Counted from the stretch's first letter, positions 19,515 through 30,308 are shown. The stretch: 64,000 bases of DNA from Alphaproteobacteria bacterium (GCA_024280375.1 JAJRQF010000054.1:1877-65876); one strand, 5' to 3'. Notes: a model not told the origin generated them from the sequence alone. Program-made: numbers and translations.

Positions 19515-20435
19515 TTAAACCCTTTCCAGAGCTTCCCTATGTTTTTTACTTTTTAGACTGTTCAGATTGACACGGGCAATCGCAACACCCGCAAGAATTA
19601 AGATCATCGCCAAAATAGCGTTGCCCGATAATTGCTCGGACAAAAATAGATAACTCCACAGCACCCCAAATACCGGCACAAGCAAGTTAATCTGGCTGAG
19701 GAACGAGGCCCCTTGTCGCGCAACGATCGCAAAAATCATCAAGGTCCCTAATGCGGAGGGGAAAATTCCAAGCATGATAACCGCCGTAATAACCGCGAAA
19801 GACGGAACATTTACCACCAGTGGATCGTAAGCTATCGCAAATGGCAGGACCAGTACGATTGACACTAACATCAAAGATGTGGCCATTGCCCGCCTTGGAT
19901 AGCCAACCAATTGCTTTGTTATAATCGCATTCACACCATAACAAATAGCCGCCGCCGCAATCGCATATTGCCTAATTGTATCGTCTCCAAGTGTACTAAG
20001 TTGATCAAACCCTATCAACACCACCACGCCGGCAATTCCGAAAATAACGCCAAGCATTTTCCAAAAATTCAATTTCTCATCATCAGTAAATATATGCGCC
20101 AATAACAGGGTCGAGAGCGGCATCGTCGCCATTAAAATCGCGGTTAAACCCGCATCCACCCTCACCTGCCCCCAGGTGATCAACCACCAGGGAAGCGCAT
20201 TACCAAAGATTGCCGCCACCAATATCCACATCCAGATACGCAAACCGCGTGGTAGGTGTTGACCGGCCATTTTCATGGCGCCCCACAAAATCACCGCGGC
20301 AATGACCAGCCGGGCAACAACAATCGTTAGAGTTGGCAGCTCTGTGATGCTAATTTTGATCAACAGAAAACTGGCCCCAAACATCGCTGAAAGGCTAACT
20401 AGCAGTGCATAATCTGTAAGGCTGGGTTTGTTCAC
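19515..20435 (-). CDS. DMT superfamily (EamA-like) transporter
   Basis: 306 aa with about 10 TM segments and a duplicated EamA pattern. Its GTG start overlaps the ilvI stop (GTGA). Confidence 0.85.
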   Translation of the reverse strand: MNKPSLTDYALLVSLSAMFGASFLLIKISITELPTLTIVVARLVIAAVILWGAMKMAGQHLPRGLRIWMWILVAAIFGNALPWWLITWGQVRVDAGLTAILMATMPLSTLLLAHIFTDDEKLNFWKMLGVIFGIAGVVVLIGFDQLSTLGDDTIRQYAIAAAAICYGVNAIITKQLVGYPRRAMATSLMLVSIVLVLPFAIAYDPLVVNVPSFAVITAVIMLGIFPSALGTLMIFAIVARQGASFLSQINLLVPVFGVLWSYLFLSEQLSGNAILAMILILAGVAIARVNLNSLKSKKHREALERV

Positions 20436-22204
20436 ACCAATGCCTTGCCCTTCTCATCAATGGCAGAGCCAACGGCCTCATCAGTTGCCTCATCCGGCAA
20501 AAGCATTTCATTATGCGCCTTGCCCGATGGGATCATTGGGAAACAATTGGCCAATTGAGCCACACGGCAATCGAAAATCACCGGCAGTTTTGCATCAATC
20601 ATTTCCATAATTGCATCATCAAGCTCAGCTGGTTTGTTACACCTGATACCAATGCCGCCATAGGCCTCTGCAAGTTTCACAAAGTCCGGCATCGCCTCAA
20701 CATAGGTGTGCGACAACCGGTTTCCGTGCAGCAATTGCTGCCACTGGCGTACCATGCCCATATATTGATTGTTCAGGATGAAAATCTTAATCGGCGCGTC
20801 ATGTTGAATTGCCGACGACATTTCCTGAATGCACATCTGAATTGAGGCATCACCGGCAACATCAATCACCAGCGCATCCGGGTGTGCAATCTGTACCCCA
20901 AGTGCTGCCGGCAAACCGTAGCCCATAGTGCCAAGGCCACCACTGGTCATCCAGTGATTAGGCTCTTCAAATTTAAGAAACTGTGCCGCCCACATCTGAT
21001 GCTGACCAACTTCTGTGGTGAAATAGGTTTCACGATCTTTGGTCAATGCATTAAGGCGTTCCAATGCATATTGCGGCATGATCACTTCTTGAGAATTTTT
21101 ATAGGCAAGCGAGTCCCGCTCTTTCCATTTTTCAATTTTTGACCACCAGGATTTGATTGCCACCGTGTCTGGTTTTTTAGAATTTGCCCGCCATAATCGA
21201 ACCATATCCTCCAAAACATGCGCAACATCGCCAATAATTGGCACATCCACCCGCACAATTTTGTTAATCGACGAGGGATCAATATCAATGTGTATTTTCT
21301 TCGAGTTGGGCGAAAACGCATCAAGCCGGCCGGTAATACGGTCATCAAACCGGGCCCCGATACACAACATCACATCACAATCATGCATAGCCATGTTGGA
21401 TTCGTAAGTACCATGCATACCAAGCATACCGAGCCAATTATCACCGCTGGCCGGATAAGCACCCAACCCCATCAAAGTTGACGTTATCGGAAAATTGGTC
21501 AATTCAACCAGCTGGCGCAACAATTGGCTGGCCAACTTCCCAGAATTTATAACGCCACCACCGGAATAAATAACCGGCTTTTTTGCCGAAACCAAAAGCT
21601 GAACTGCATCCAGAATTTTATCGGCATCACCCACAACTTTCGGATTGTAGGTTTTATGTTCAGCAGTACTGGGCCCACGATAAATGCCGGTAGCGAATTG
21701 GACATCCTTGGGAATATCAACAACAACCGGGCCAGGACGGCCGGCGCGCGCCACATAAAATGCCGTATGCAATACTTCGGCAAGATCATTAACATCCTTC
21801 ACCAGCCAGTTGTGCTTAGTGCAAGGTCGGGTAATGCCAACCGTATCGCACTCTTGAAAAGCGTCCGATCCAATTAAAGATGTTGGCACCTGACCGGTAA
21901 TGCAAACGAGCGGAATTGAATCCATCAATGCGTCTTGCAAACAGGTTACCGCATTGGTCGCCCCCGGCCCTGACGTTACAAGCATCACGCCGGTTTTTCC
22001 GGTAGAACGGGCATATCCCTCTGCCGCATGGCCTGCACCCTGCTCATGACGCACGAGCACATGATTGATCGCGTCCTGCTGGTGCAGTTCATCATAAATT
22101 GGAAGCACAGCACCGCCTGGATAGCCAAAAATATCTTTTACGCCATTATCAACCATTGCCCGTAAAACCATTTCCGCGCCGGTCATTTCCTCAGCTTTAG
22201 TCAT
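20432..22204 (-). CDS. ilvI: Acetolactate synthase large subunit
   Basis: 590 aa ThDP enzyme with [25 protein letters not shown] and GDASIQM motifs. Confidence 0.97.
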   Translation of the reverse strand: MTKAEEMTGAEMVLRAMVDNGVKDIFGYPGGAVLPIYDELHQQDAINHVLVRHEQGAGHAAEGYARSTGKTGVMLVTSGPGATNAVTCLQDALMDSIPLVCITGQVPTSLIGSDAFQECDTVGITRPCTKHNWLVKDVNDLAEVLHTAFYVARAGRPGPVVVDIPKDVQFATGIYRGPSTAEHKTYNPKVVGDADKILDAVQLLVSAKKPVIYSGGGVINSGKLASQLLRQLVELTNFPITSTLMGLGAYPASGDNWLGMLGMHGTYESNMAMHDCDVMLCIGARFDDRITGRLDAFSPNSKKIHIDIDPSSINKIVRVDVPIIGDVAHVLEDMVRLWRANSKKPDTVAIKSWWSKIEKWKERDSLAYKNSQEVIMPQYALERLNALTKDRETYFTTEVGQHQMWAAQFLKFEEPNHWMTSGGLGTMGYGLPAALGVQIAHPDALVIDVAGDASIQMCIQEMSSAIQHDAPIKIFILNNQYMGMVRQWQQLLHGNRLSHTYVEAMPDFVKLAEAYGGIGIRCNKPAELDDAIMEMIDAKLPVIFDCRVAQLANCFPMIPSGKAHNEMLLPDEATDEAVGSAIDEKGKALV

Positions 22205-22283
22205 TTAAATAATCCATCTCACTTATATTCAGCCGGTTAGTTGCTTGCTTAAGCTCTTTTCATATATCCAAAATTTGGACATT

Positions 22284-22306
22284 AAAAAAGGCCCCCGGGG
22301 GAGCCT
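22284..22306 (-). terminator. Attenuator terminator of the ilvI leader
   Basis: The minus strand reads AGGCTCC-CCCG-GGGGCCT followed by TTTTTT, about 80 nt upstream of the ilvI ATG. Confidence 0.6.
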
Positions 22307-22341
22307 GAATGCGCGCCATCACTCGCAAAGGTTATCCACCT

Positions 22342-22386
22342 TCACGCCAGCGCGCACATCACCACTACAAGAATTTCAATTTTCAT
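22342..22386 (-). CDS. Candidate ilv leader peptide MKIEILVVVMCALA
   Basis: A 14-codon ORF with 7 Ile/Leu/Val, including a VVV run. AGAGAG lies 7 nt upstream of the ATG. Too short for the ORF track. Confidence 0.55.
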   Translation of the reverse strand: MKIEILVVVMCALA

Positions 22387-22410
22387 CACAAATCTCTCTA
22401 TTACCCATAA

Positions 22411-22439
22411 AGCCTAGACCGCGTTTCCAAATGCGTCAA
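22411..22439 (-). promoter_or_regulatory. Candidate sigma70-type promoter for the ilv leader
   Basis: On the minus strand, TTGACG-N17-TAGGCT. The -10 element is weak. Confidence 0.3.
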
Positions 22440-22485
22440 CAGGCAAGCAGATTTTTTACCCAATTTGTCGCAATCAGCATCCAGC

Positions 22486-23289
22486 TCACGCGCAGACCTG
22501 GTTTCTGCCCTGATTTTTTGCCTCATAAAGCCGCATATCAGCCGCTTTGATCAAGGCCCGATCATCTTCCAGATCTTCGCTACTGACCGCGACACCGATA
22601 CTGATCGTCGGATTAATAACAACATTATCGACCGTAATTTTCAGTTTTCTCACCGCATCGCAATAGCGCTGAGCAAATGGGCCAATTTGCGCATCACTGG
22701 CAAATGGCGCAATTACCGCAAATTCTTCACCACCAATTCGGGCCACAATATCGTGTTCCCGCGAAAGGTCCATGAGCACGCGCGCAACCTCTTTCAACAC
22801 AATGTCACCGACATCGTGTCCATGGGTATCGTTAATCTGTTTAAAATAGTCCAAATCCAGAATAAGCAAACCAAGCGGCTTGTCGATCCGTCTGAACTCT
22901 TTCAAAAACTCGCCTAAAACCTCGTGGAAGTACCGTCGATTATAAAGAGATGTGAGCGAGTCTGTTGCGGCTTCAACTGCCAGCATATCTGCGCGTTTTT
23001 CTTGTTTTTTGGTTGCATCAGCCTGAAATTTAATAATCGGCATAACCACCAGCAACCCACCCACCATTGTGGCGGCAATAAAAAATGCCGAAAGGGTCAA
23101 CTGATGAAAGGTTATCGATAAAGTTTCAGAAACAGGTCCCGAACTATCAGATACAATTTCATCCACCGAACGGCTCAACCGAAAATAGATATATAGCGCC
23201 GAACCCAACGAAAGGGTGACAGCAGCCGTATATATACCATAAGCAAGTTCAGGCAGGTTTTTAAGCTTGATCTGCAATCCATCCCCCAA
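22486..23289 (-). CDS. Membrane-anchored diguanylate cyclase (GGDEF domain)
   Basis: Two N-terminal TM segments and the RIGGEEFAV active-site motif. Confidence 0.85.
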   Translation of the reverse strand: MGDGLQIKLKNLPELAYGIYTAAVTLSLGSALYIYFRLSRSVDEIVSDSSGPVSETLSITFHQLTLSAFFIAATMVGGLLVVMPIIKFQADATKKQEKRADMLAVEAATDSLTSLYNRRYFHEVLGEFLKEFRRIDKPLGLLILDLDYFKQINDTHGHDVGDIVLKEVARVLMDLSREHDIVARIGGEEFAVIAPFASDAQIGPFAQRYCDAVRKLKITVDNVVINPTISIGVAVSSEDLEDDRALIKAADMRLYEAKNQGRNQVCA

Positions 23290-23379
23290 GCAACAAAACT
23301 GTTTGTGTTTTCCCTCGCACTAGGGAAAAACCATTCGCAGTAAAATAATTCAAAAAAATAAAAAGGCCCTAAATATTCG

Positions 23380-24291
23380 TCATATTATTTTATCAATTTG
23401 CTCCCAATCTTCGCCCAATTGGTTCCTAAACCACGTCGATTGCCTTTTCGCATATTGCCTCGTTGCCGCCTTGCACCTAATACGTGCCTCATCAAGTGTG
23501 ACAACTTTTTGCAAATAATTGGTTAATTGCGGAACTCCAATGGCTTTTAAAACCGGATGATCAGAAAAAACATCCATTTTTCCCAGTGCCTTAACCTCAT
23601 CCAGCGCTCCATTGTCCAACATCTTGTCAAATCTGCTTTCAATGCGCCGGTGCAGTATCGCGCGATCCGGCAGGATCAGATATTTCTTGATATTCGCCAT
23701 CTTCAAAATTGGAGGTTGGTTTTGCGCCTGATATTCAACGATCGAGCGCCCCGTTGCTTGCTTAACCTCCAACGCCCGCAAAATACGTTGTCGATCATTA
23801 GGTTTCAGAGCTTTTGCTGCCGAAGGGTCCTTCTCCTGAAGTGTCGCGTAAAGCGATGACACATCAACCTCACCAGATTTATCGCGCCAAAACTGGCGGA
23901 TTTCACCAGGAATTTCTGGAATTGCCGCCAACCCCTCTGACAACGCTTTGAAATACAGGCCGGTTCCTCCAACAAAAATCGGTGTCCGGCCAGCCAAAAG
24001 CACCTCATCAAGCGCAATTTTAGCATCCCTCACCCATTGGGCAACTGAATAGGCTTTTTCCAGGCTCGCATGCCCATAAAGCAAATGCGGCACTTTCGCC
24101 AAATCCGCCTCATTTGGCCGCGCAGTAATGACCCGCAAAATCGGATATACCTGCATGGAATCAGCATTGATAATGGTGCCGTTATATTTTTCGGCCTGCT
24201 CAATCGCAAATACAGACTTGCCGCTGGCCGTTGGCCCGGCTATCAAAATGGCATCAGGTATTTCAGTCAATTTTACGGGCCTCCATGTCAA
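23380..24291 (-). CDS. miaA: tRNA dimethylallyltransferase
   Basis: P-loop GPTASGKS and the IINADSMQVY motif. Confidence 0.95.
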   Translation of the reverse strand: MTWRPVKLTEIPDAILIAGPTASGKSVFAIEQAEKYNGTIINADSMQVYPILRVITARPNEADLAKVPHLLYGHASLEKAYSVAQWVRDAKIALDEVLLAGRTPIFVGGTGLYFKALSEGLAAIPEIPGEIRQFWRDKSGEVDVSSLYATLQEKDPSAAKALKPNDRQRILRALEVKQATGRSIVEYQAQNQPPILKMANIKKYLILPDRAILHRRIESRFDKMLDNGALDEVKALGKMDVFSDHPVLKAIGVPQLTNYLQKVVTLDEARIRCKAATRQYAKRQSTWFRNQLGEDWEQIDKII

Positions 24292-25172
24292 AAATAGCCA
24301 CGCTTATCGCCAATCCGGCAAATCCAATACTTACCACTGATCTGGTAGCGGCAATATCCAGCAGCATCAACAGCAAAAACACCTATTGGCTGGCGGACAA
24401 TATCGCCTGCGACTGTGTTTTGGCAGATGACGTAAACACTGAGAACCTCGAATCCACAATTCGCAAGATTATCGGCAGCAACCCTATTGATTTGGTCATT
24501 CACAACCCTGAAACCCGACGCTGCAAGGCACTGATTGCCGATATGGACTCAACCATGATCGAGCAGGAATGCATCGACGAACTGGCGGCAGAAGCTGGCT
24601 TGAAACAGCAGGTATCGGCCATTACAGCTCGCGCCATGAATGGCGAAATTGCCTTTGAGCCAGCCCTGATTGAACGGGTGGCCCTGCTAAAGGGACTTGC
24701 CAGTGATGTAATCGAAAAAGTGCTGGATGAGAGAATTACCCTTACCGCCGGTGGCCGCGAACTTGTTGGCACCATGAAACAAAATGGCGCCTATACGGCT
24801 CTTGTATCCGGCGGGTTCACTCATTTTACCCGAGCCATATCCAAAATATTGGGGTTTGATGAAAACCGCGCAAACCAGCTTGTTGAAGAAGATGGAAAAC
24901 TATCTGGAGCGGTAACCAAACCAATTCTTGGCCGCGATGCAAAAGTTGATGCCTTAAATGAAATAGCCAATGCACAAAATATTTCGGCGGCAGACTTTAT
25001 CGCGGTTGGTGATGGTGCAAACGATCTTGGTATGCTGCAAGAGGCCGGAATAGGCGTTGCCCTGCACGCAAAACCAAATGTTGCCCGGCAGGCAAGCGTA
25101 AAGATAGACCACGGAGATCTGACCGCCCTTCTCTATATTCAAGGCTATAGAAAATCGGAATTCAGCACATGA
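24285..25172 (+). CDS. serB: Phosphoserine phosphatase
   Basis: HAD motifs DMDSTMI and GDGANDL. Start set at Met19, which overlaps the miaA start divergently by 7 nt. Confidence 0.9.
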   Translation: MSKIATLIANPANPILTTDLVAAISSSINSKNTYWLADNIACDCVLADDVNTENLESTIRKIIGSNPIDLVIHNPETRRCKALIADMDSTMIEQECIDELAAEAGLKQQVSAITARAMNGEIAFEPALIERVALLKGLASDVIEKVLDERITLTAGGRELVGTMKQNGAYTALVSGGFTHFTRAISKILGFDENRANQLVEEDGKLSGAVTKPILGRDAKVDALNEIANAQNISAADFIAVGDGANDLGMLQEAGIGVALHAKPNVARQASVKIDHGDLTALLYIQGYRKSEFST

Positions 25173-25729
25173 AACCGCTTGAAACGGATCGCTTGATATT
25201 GAGAAACTGGGAAACAAAAGATGCGCCCGCGATGTATCGGTTAAACAGCGATGAGGTCGTTATGAAATTCTTCCCGTTTCGTCGCAACAGGGTTGAGTCT
25301 GACCTATTGTTGGAGACTGTCAAAAACAAGATTGCCGATAAGGGCTACAGTTTTGCGGCAGTAGAGTTGAAACAAACCGGCGAAATTATTGGATTTGCCG
25401 GAATTTCAGACATCACTGACAATATGCCTTTTGCGCCTGCGCTTGAAATAGGCTGGCGATTTTTGCCTGAATATTGGGGCAAGGGATATGCCACAGAATC
25501 AGCATTAAAATGGCTTGAATTTGCATTTAACACGCTTGAGAAAGAAGAAGTCGTTTCTTTCGCCGTCGCTGAAAACACCGCATCAACCGCTGTGATGCAG
25601 CGCCTTGGAATGCGCTATTTTCCTGAACTGGATTTCGACCATCCATCGGTTTCAGATGACTATCCCGAATTGAAACGTCACGTATTATACGCGATCAGCA
25701 AAGATCAATTCAACGCACAAAACAGTTGA
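25169..25729 (+). CDS. GNAT family N-acetyltransferase (RimJ/RimL-like)
   Basis: LETDRLILRNW at the N-terminus and the YWGKGYATE acetyl-CoA loop. 4-nt overlap with serB. Confidence 0.85.
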   Translation: MKPLETDRLILRNWETKDAPAMYRLNSDEVVMKFFPFRRNRVESDLLLETVKNKIADKGYSFAAVELKQTGEIIGFAGISDITDNMPFAPALEIGWRFLPEYWGKGYATESALKWLEFAFNTLEKEEVVSFAVAENTASTAVMQRLGMRYFPELDFDHPSVSDDYPELKRHVLYAISKDQFNAQNS

Positions 25730-25777
25730 ACTTCAACCAATTGCAGCGACTTCCAGATTCAATACCTCAAGTAAAAT

Positions 25778-27313
25778 TTACTCAATTCGAATAACCGCAA
25801 ATCGCAAATCACCATTTTTGGACGCAATTAAAAGCAGCGCATTCTTACGGCCTTCTTTTTTCAGCGCTTCAACCCGCGCCTTCATATCTTCAGGTTGCTG
25901 CACGCTCTCCTGCCCAACTTCGGCAATAACATCACCGGCCTTAACACCTTTTTCAGCCGCAATTGATTTTGGATCGACCGCCGTCACAACCACCCCGGAA
26001 ATATCCTTGCCAACTTCATATTTTTTGCGCGCCGCATCATCCAGCACCCCAACCGTAATGCCGAGCACTGTCGGATTTGCGGGCTTCTGCTGTTCATCAG
26101 ACTGAGTTGAGACCGATACTTTGGTGGGTTTTTCAGTATCTTCCAACCGACCAAGGGTAACCTGAATTGTTACCTCCTTGCCCTTTCGCAGAACCACCAC
26201 GTCGACGGCCTTGCCAACTGGGCTTTCGGCTACAATACGTGGCAAATCACGCATTTTGGGAATATCACGATCGCCAAATTTCAAAATCACATCGCCCGGC
26301 AATACACCGGATTTTTCTGCCGGACCACCGCGCGTAACACCGGCAATCAACGCACCTTTGGCCTCGCTCATGCCGAGGCTTTCACCAATATCATCGGTGA
26401 CCGGCTGAATTCTAACACCCAGCCAACCGCGGCGCGTTTCGCCAAATTCGCGCAATTGCTCAATCACATTGGTCGCAAGATAGGACGGGGTTGAAAATCC
26501 AATACCAATCGAACCACCGGAAGGCGAAATGATCGCCGTATTAATACCGATAACGTCACCTTCCATATTAAACAGCGGGCCACCGGAGTTTCCCTTGTTG
26601 ATCGAGGCATCAGTCTGAATGAAATTATCGTAAGGCCCCGAACGAATGTCGCGATTAATCGCCGAAACAATTCCAAGTGTTACCGTACCACCAAGCCCGA
26701 ACGGGTTGCCGATAGCCATAACCCAATCACCAATTCTGGCCTTGCGTGAATCTCCTAACCGCACAAATACCAATGGTTTTGCGGGCTTAACCTTAAGAAC
26801 AGCAATGTCGGTCTTTTTATCGGTGCCAACAAGTTCCGCAATCAGCTTCGTGCCGTCAGTAAAATTGACTGTGATCTCGTCCGCATCAGCAATCACATGA
26901 TTGTTGGTTATGATAATGCCGGACGCATCAATCACAAATCCCGAACCTAAAGACTGAACCTTGCGCGCGCGTGATTTGGGCTTTGAGCCATTTTTTTCCT
27001 GCTGTCGATTAAAGAAGTCGTCGAAGAAATCCTGAAATGGCGACCCCTCTGGCACGCCAAGCCTTGGAGAGGAAGAACCGCTGCTGCTGTTTTTAAGCGT
27101 TTGTGATGTTGAAATATTGACCACCGCTGCAAGCAATGGTTCGGCCAGGTCCGCCACCGATTTAGGGCCCGTGGCGTTTGCGATACTCGTCCCCGATATT
27201 TTCAAGCCCGCATCCAGGCTAACCGGCGCAATGGCGATTACCAGGCCCAAAATTCCAAGACGGAATGCGGCGCCAAAATGAGAAAAAGACAATGTCTGCG
27301 GCCATGAGAGCAT
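25778..27313 (-). CDS. degP: Do/DegP/HtrA family periplasmic serine protease with two PDZ domains
   Basis: Catalytic TNNHV, D…AVLK and GNSGGPL motifs, with two PDZ-like regions. Start set at Met33. Confidence 0.9.
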   Translation of the reverse strand: MLSWPQTLSFSHFGAAFRLGILGLVIAIAPVSLDAGLKISGTSIANATGPKSVADLAEPLLAAVVNISTSQTLKNSSSGSSSPRLGVPEGSPFQDFFDDFFNRQQEKNGSKPKSRARKVQSLGSGFVIDASGIIITNNHVIADADEITVNFTDGTKLIAELVGTDKKTDIAVLKVKPAKPLVFVRLGDSRKARIGDWVMAIGNPFGLGGTVTLGIVSAINRDIRSGPYDNFIQTDASINKGNSGGPLFNMEGDVIGINTAIISPSGGSIGIGFSTPSYLATNVIEQLREFGETRRGWLGVRIQPVTDDIGESLGMSEAKGALIAGVTRGGPAEKSGVLPGDVILKFGDRDIPKMRDLPRIVAESPVGKAVDVVVLRKGKEVTIQVTLGRLEDTEKPTKVSVSTQSDEQQKPANPTVLGITVGVLDDAARKKYEVGKDISGVVVTAVDPKSIAAEKGVKAGDVIAEVGQESVQQPEDMKARVEALKKEGRKNALLLIASKNGDLRFAVIRIE

Positions 27314-27444
27314 CTGGAATATTCCTTTGGGACTTGTTATTAGTACGATTGAAAAAACCTTAGCAGCTTGTCTGCAATAGATCGAGTTTCGCCATCCATA
27401 TAACAACAATTTGAATGCCCGCGATCAAACACGGTCATTCATTA

Positions 27445-27630
27445 CTAACCTCTGATCAACCACACTATGCCAACACCAATACACAACACAACCACGCCCA
27501 TTAATCGCAGCGTCTGTTCTGGCATCTTGGTCACATCAATGGCTCGCTTTTGAATAAATAAAGGGGCCACCGCGTACAGTAGCCCCTCAATTACCAGTAA
27601 AAGACCGATTGCGGTCAAAAAGTCATTCAT
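27445..27630 (-). CDS. DUF2065 small membrane protein
   Basis: 61 aa with two TM segments. It sits downstream of hflC, overlapping it by 4 nt, which is the typical position. Confidence 0.7.
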   Translation of the reverse strand: MNDFLTAIGLLLVIEGLLYAVAPLFIQKRAIDVTKMPEQTLRLMGVVVLCIGVGIVWLIRG

Positions 27631-28529
27631 TGACCACTAGTAGCTTTCTTGCTGCCATTGGCATCCTTGAAAAAGCGGAAAAACTCAGAATTTGGTGAAA
27701 GCACCAAAGTTGTATTTGAGTCTTGCAATGCTTCGCGATAAGCGGCCATCGAGCGATAAAAATCAAAGAATTCCGGGTCTCGGCCAAATGCTTCGGCAAA
27801 TACTTTGTTTCGTATTGCTTCACCTTGCCCGCGCAAGATTTCAGCTTCTCGCTGAGCTTTCGCCTTGGTTTCAACAACGCCACGATCAGCCGCAGCCTTG
27901 ATCCGGCGTTCAGCCTCACGACCACGCGCACGAAGCCGTTCAGCTTCTGCAAGACGTTCAGCCGACATCCGTTCAAAGGTTTGGCTTGATACTTCATTGG
28001 TCAAATCAGTCCGCAATACGCGCACATCTTCAATTTCAATACCAAACTTGGCCGCTTCCGGGCGTAACTGGTCACGCACCTCAAGCATCATGGCAAGTCG
28101 CTCTTCCGACAATGCCGCCTGGAAACCACGACGGCCATAAACCGCACGCAGACCATCTTCGAAACGAATACCAAGCTGGCGTTCAGCAACCGCTAAACTA
28201 CCCGAAACAGTTTCACGGAATTGGCGTGCATCACTGATCCGAAAAACCAGAAACGCATCAACAACATAGAATTTACCGCCAGAAACCTGCACACGCAAGT
28301 CTTCCCGGTCCAGCCGGATAAGGCGGTCTTCAACGATTTGCACTGAATCAAGGTCAAAAATCGACAATGGCATTTTGAAGTAAAGACCCGGCTCACTTAC
28401 AACCCGCTGAATTTTACCAAATCGAACAACGATTGCCTGGTCACGCTCATTCAGCACAAATATTGAGCCGGATAAAATGATCAAAACAAGGGCGACGATG
28501 CCGCCAATTATTGGAAGTCTGTTCATCAC
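27627..28529 (-). CDS. hflC: Protease modulator HflC
   Basis: SPFH/band-7 domain with an N-terminal TM segment. Follows hflK. Confidence 0.92.
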   Translation of the reverse strand: MMNRLPIIGGIVALVLIILSGSIFVLNERDQAIVVRFGKIQRVVSEPGLYFKMPLSIFDLDSVQIVEDRLIRLDREDLRVQVSGGKFYVVDAFLVFRISDARQFRETVSGSLAVAERQLGIRFEDGLRAVYGRRGFQAALSEERLAMMLEVRDQLRPEAAKFGIEIEDVRVLRTDLTNEVSSQTFERMSAERLAEAERLRARGREAERRIKAAADRGVVETKAKAQREAEILRGQGEAIRNKVFAEAFGRDPEFFDFYRSMAAYREALQDSNTTLVLSPNSEFFRFFKDANGSKKATSGQ

Positions 28530-28536
28530 GGAACTC

Positions 28537-29625
28537 CTATTTCTTTTTCGCTATTTCAGGCAATGGCAAATAAGGAACAACACCTGTTCCACCTGCACCA
28601 TTTTCCATGATTACTTTGTTTGAACTTTTCATAACGGCTTCCATTGTTTCCAGGAAAAGCCGTTTGCGGGTAACTTCCGGTGCAATTTTATATTGGTCGT
28701 AAATCAAGATAAAGCGCTGCGCTTCACCTTCAGCTTCCTGCACAACCTGGGTTTTATAACCAGCCGCATCTTCGAGAATCTGGGCCGCTTCACCGCGCGC
28801 GGCACCTAATACATTGTTTGAATATTTCTTGCCATTTTCACGGAATTTAACCTCGTCCTGTTCAGCACGCTGCACTTCCTCATACGCATCAGCAACCTGC
28901 GTCGGTGGTGCAGCATCCGCAATCGCCATACGGCTGATACTGATACCGGCCCCATATTGATCAAGCGTTGTCTGCACAATTTTTTGAACGTCGATCGCAA
29001 TACCAGTACGATCATCACGGAAAATATCCTGTGCCGGCCGTTTGCCCACCACTTCCCTCATCGCACTTTCAGAAACCTGACGGACCATAGAATCAGGATC
29101 ACGCACATTAAACAAAAACTTACCCGGGTCATTGACGGCCCAGATTACCGAGAAGGTAACATCAACGATGTTCTGGTCGCCCGAAAGCATCAGGCTCGAA
29201 GACCGTCCGCCACCAACTGAACCAATGCTGATTTGCCGGTCCGCAGTTTTTGCAATCTCCACTGTTTCCAACGGCCACCAATGAAAATGCAATCCGGCAG
29301 TTGAAAGCTCTTTTTTCGGCTTACCGAATAAAAGTTCCGCACCCAACTCATCCGGCTGCACCGTATAGATTGCCTGTGTCAGCCAAAAACCAACCGCCGC
29401 AATTGCGATAATACCAATCATCATTGGATTGCTGCCACCACCACCAGGCAAAACCTGTTTCAGCTTCTCCTGGCCCTGGCGCAAAATTTCTTCCAGGTCG
29501 GGTGGGTTTCCACCACCACGCGGACCTTGCGGTCCTTTTGGTCCCTGACCCCAGGGGCCGTCGCCATTTCCGTTTCCATTTCCGCCGCCTTGCCAGCCGC
29601 CGCCATTATTGTTGTTCCAGGGCAT
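28537..29625 (-). CDS. hflK: Protease modulator HflK
   Basis: Gly/Asn/Pro-rich N-terminus (MPWNNNNGGGWQGGG…), a TM segment and an SPFH domain. Start set at Met23. Confidence 0.92.
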   Translation of the reverse strand: MPWNNNNGGGWQGGGNGNGNGDGPWGQGPKGPQGPRGGGNPPDLEEILRQGQEKLKQVLPGGGGSNPMMIGIIAIAAVGFWLTQAIYTVQPDELGAELLFGKPKKELSTAGLHFHWWPLETVEIAKTADRQISIGSVGGGRSSSLMLSGDQNIVDVTFSVIWAVNDPGKFLFNVRDPDSMVRQVSESAMREVVGKRPAQDIFRDDRTGIAIDVQKIVQTTLDQYGAGISISRMAIADAAPPTQVADAYEEVQRAEQDEVKFRENGKKYSNNVLGAARGEAAQILEDAAGYKTQVVQEAEGEAQRFILIYDQYKIAPEVTRKRLFLETMEAVMKSSNKVIMENGAGGTGVVPYLPLPEIAKKK

Positions 29626-29798
29626 GTATATCCTCTCAGCATGTATGATGGCGCAAATTACTCGCGCCGTGCATGATTCTGCCAGTTTCAAATGGTTATA
29701 GGTATGGAATGCCCATGTTTCAACGAGAAGACGGCGATTCCATGAACTTTAATGCCGCATCGTTAAGATGCGTTACCGACATAGCATGAAAAACATGT

Positions 29799-30308
29799 TC
29801 AGCGGCGCTCATAAATTATAAATTCTGTTTCGCAGGAATCCCGTGGCCCGGCAGGTACATTCTCTCTACTGATGGCTTCCCATATAGTCGCATCAATATC
29901 AGGAAAACCCGTATCCCCACCGGGCTTTGCCTTGACTTTGGTGTAATAAATCCGATGAGCCAGATCTAAAAACAGGCGGTATATTTCGCCACCCCCAAGA
30001 ATACAAATCTCACTCGCACCATTGCCTTGCCCCCACAATTGCGCAATTTGCAATGCCTGCTCGACGGATTTCACCGCATGAACACCTTCAGCCGAAAAAT
30101 CCGCATTCCTGGAAATAACGATATTGTGACGACCGGGCAAAGGCCGCCCGATACTTTCATAGGTCTTTCGCCCCATAATTATAGGATTGCCGGTGGTGAT
30201 CGCCTTAAAGCGTTTCAGATCACTTGAAAGCTTCCACGGCATATCACCATCGCTGCCAATTACACCATTTTCGGCAACAGCAACAATAATAGAAATCGGT
30301 AGGGTCAG
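29799..30308 (-). CDS. folA: Dihydrofolate reductase; start codon uncertain and non-canonical (CTG at 30308 proposed)
   Basis: The track ORF starts at MPWKL, equivalent to Met20 of E. coli DHFR. In-frame upstream codons encode LPISIIVAVAENGVIGSDGD, which is the conserved beta-A/NADPH loop. There is no ATG, GTG or TTG between the in-frame TGA (30347-30345) and 30242. Confidence 0.75.
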   Translation of the reverse strand: MTLPISIIVAVAENGVIGSDGDMPWKLSSDLKRFKAITTGNPIIMGRKTYESIGRPLPGRHNIVISRNADFSAEGVHAVKSVEQALQIAQLWGQGNGASEICILGGGEIYRLFLDLAHRIYYTKVKAKPGGDTGFPDIDATIWEAISRENVPAGPRDSCETEFIIYERR

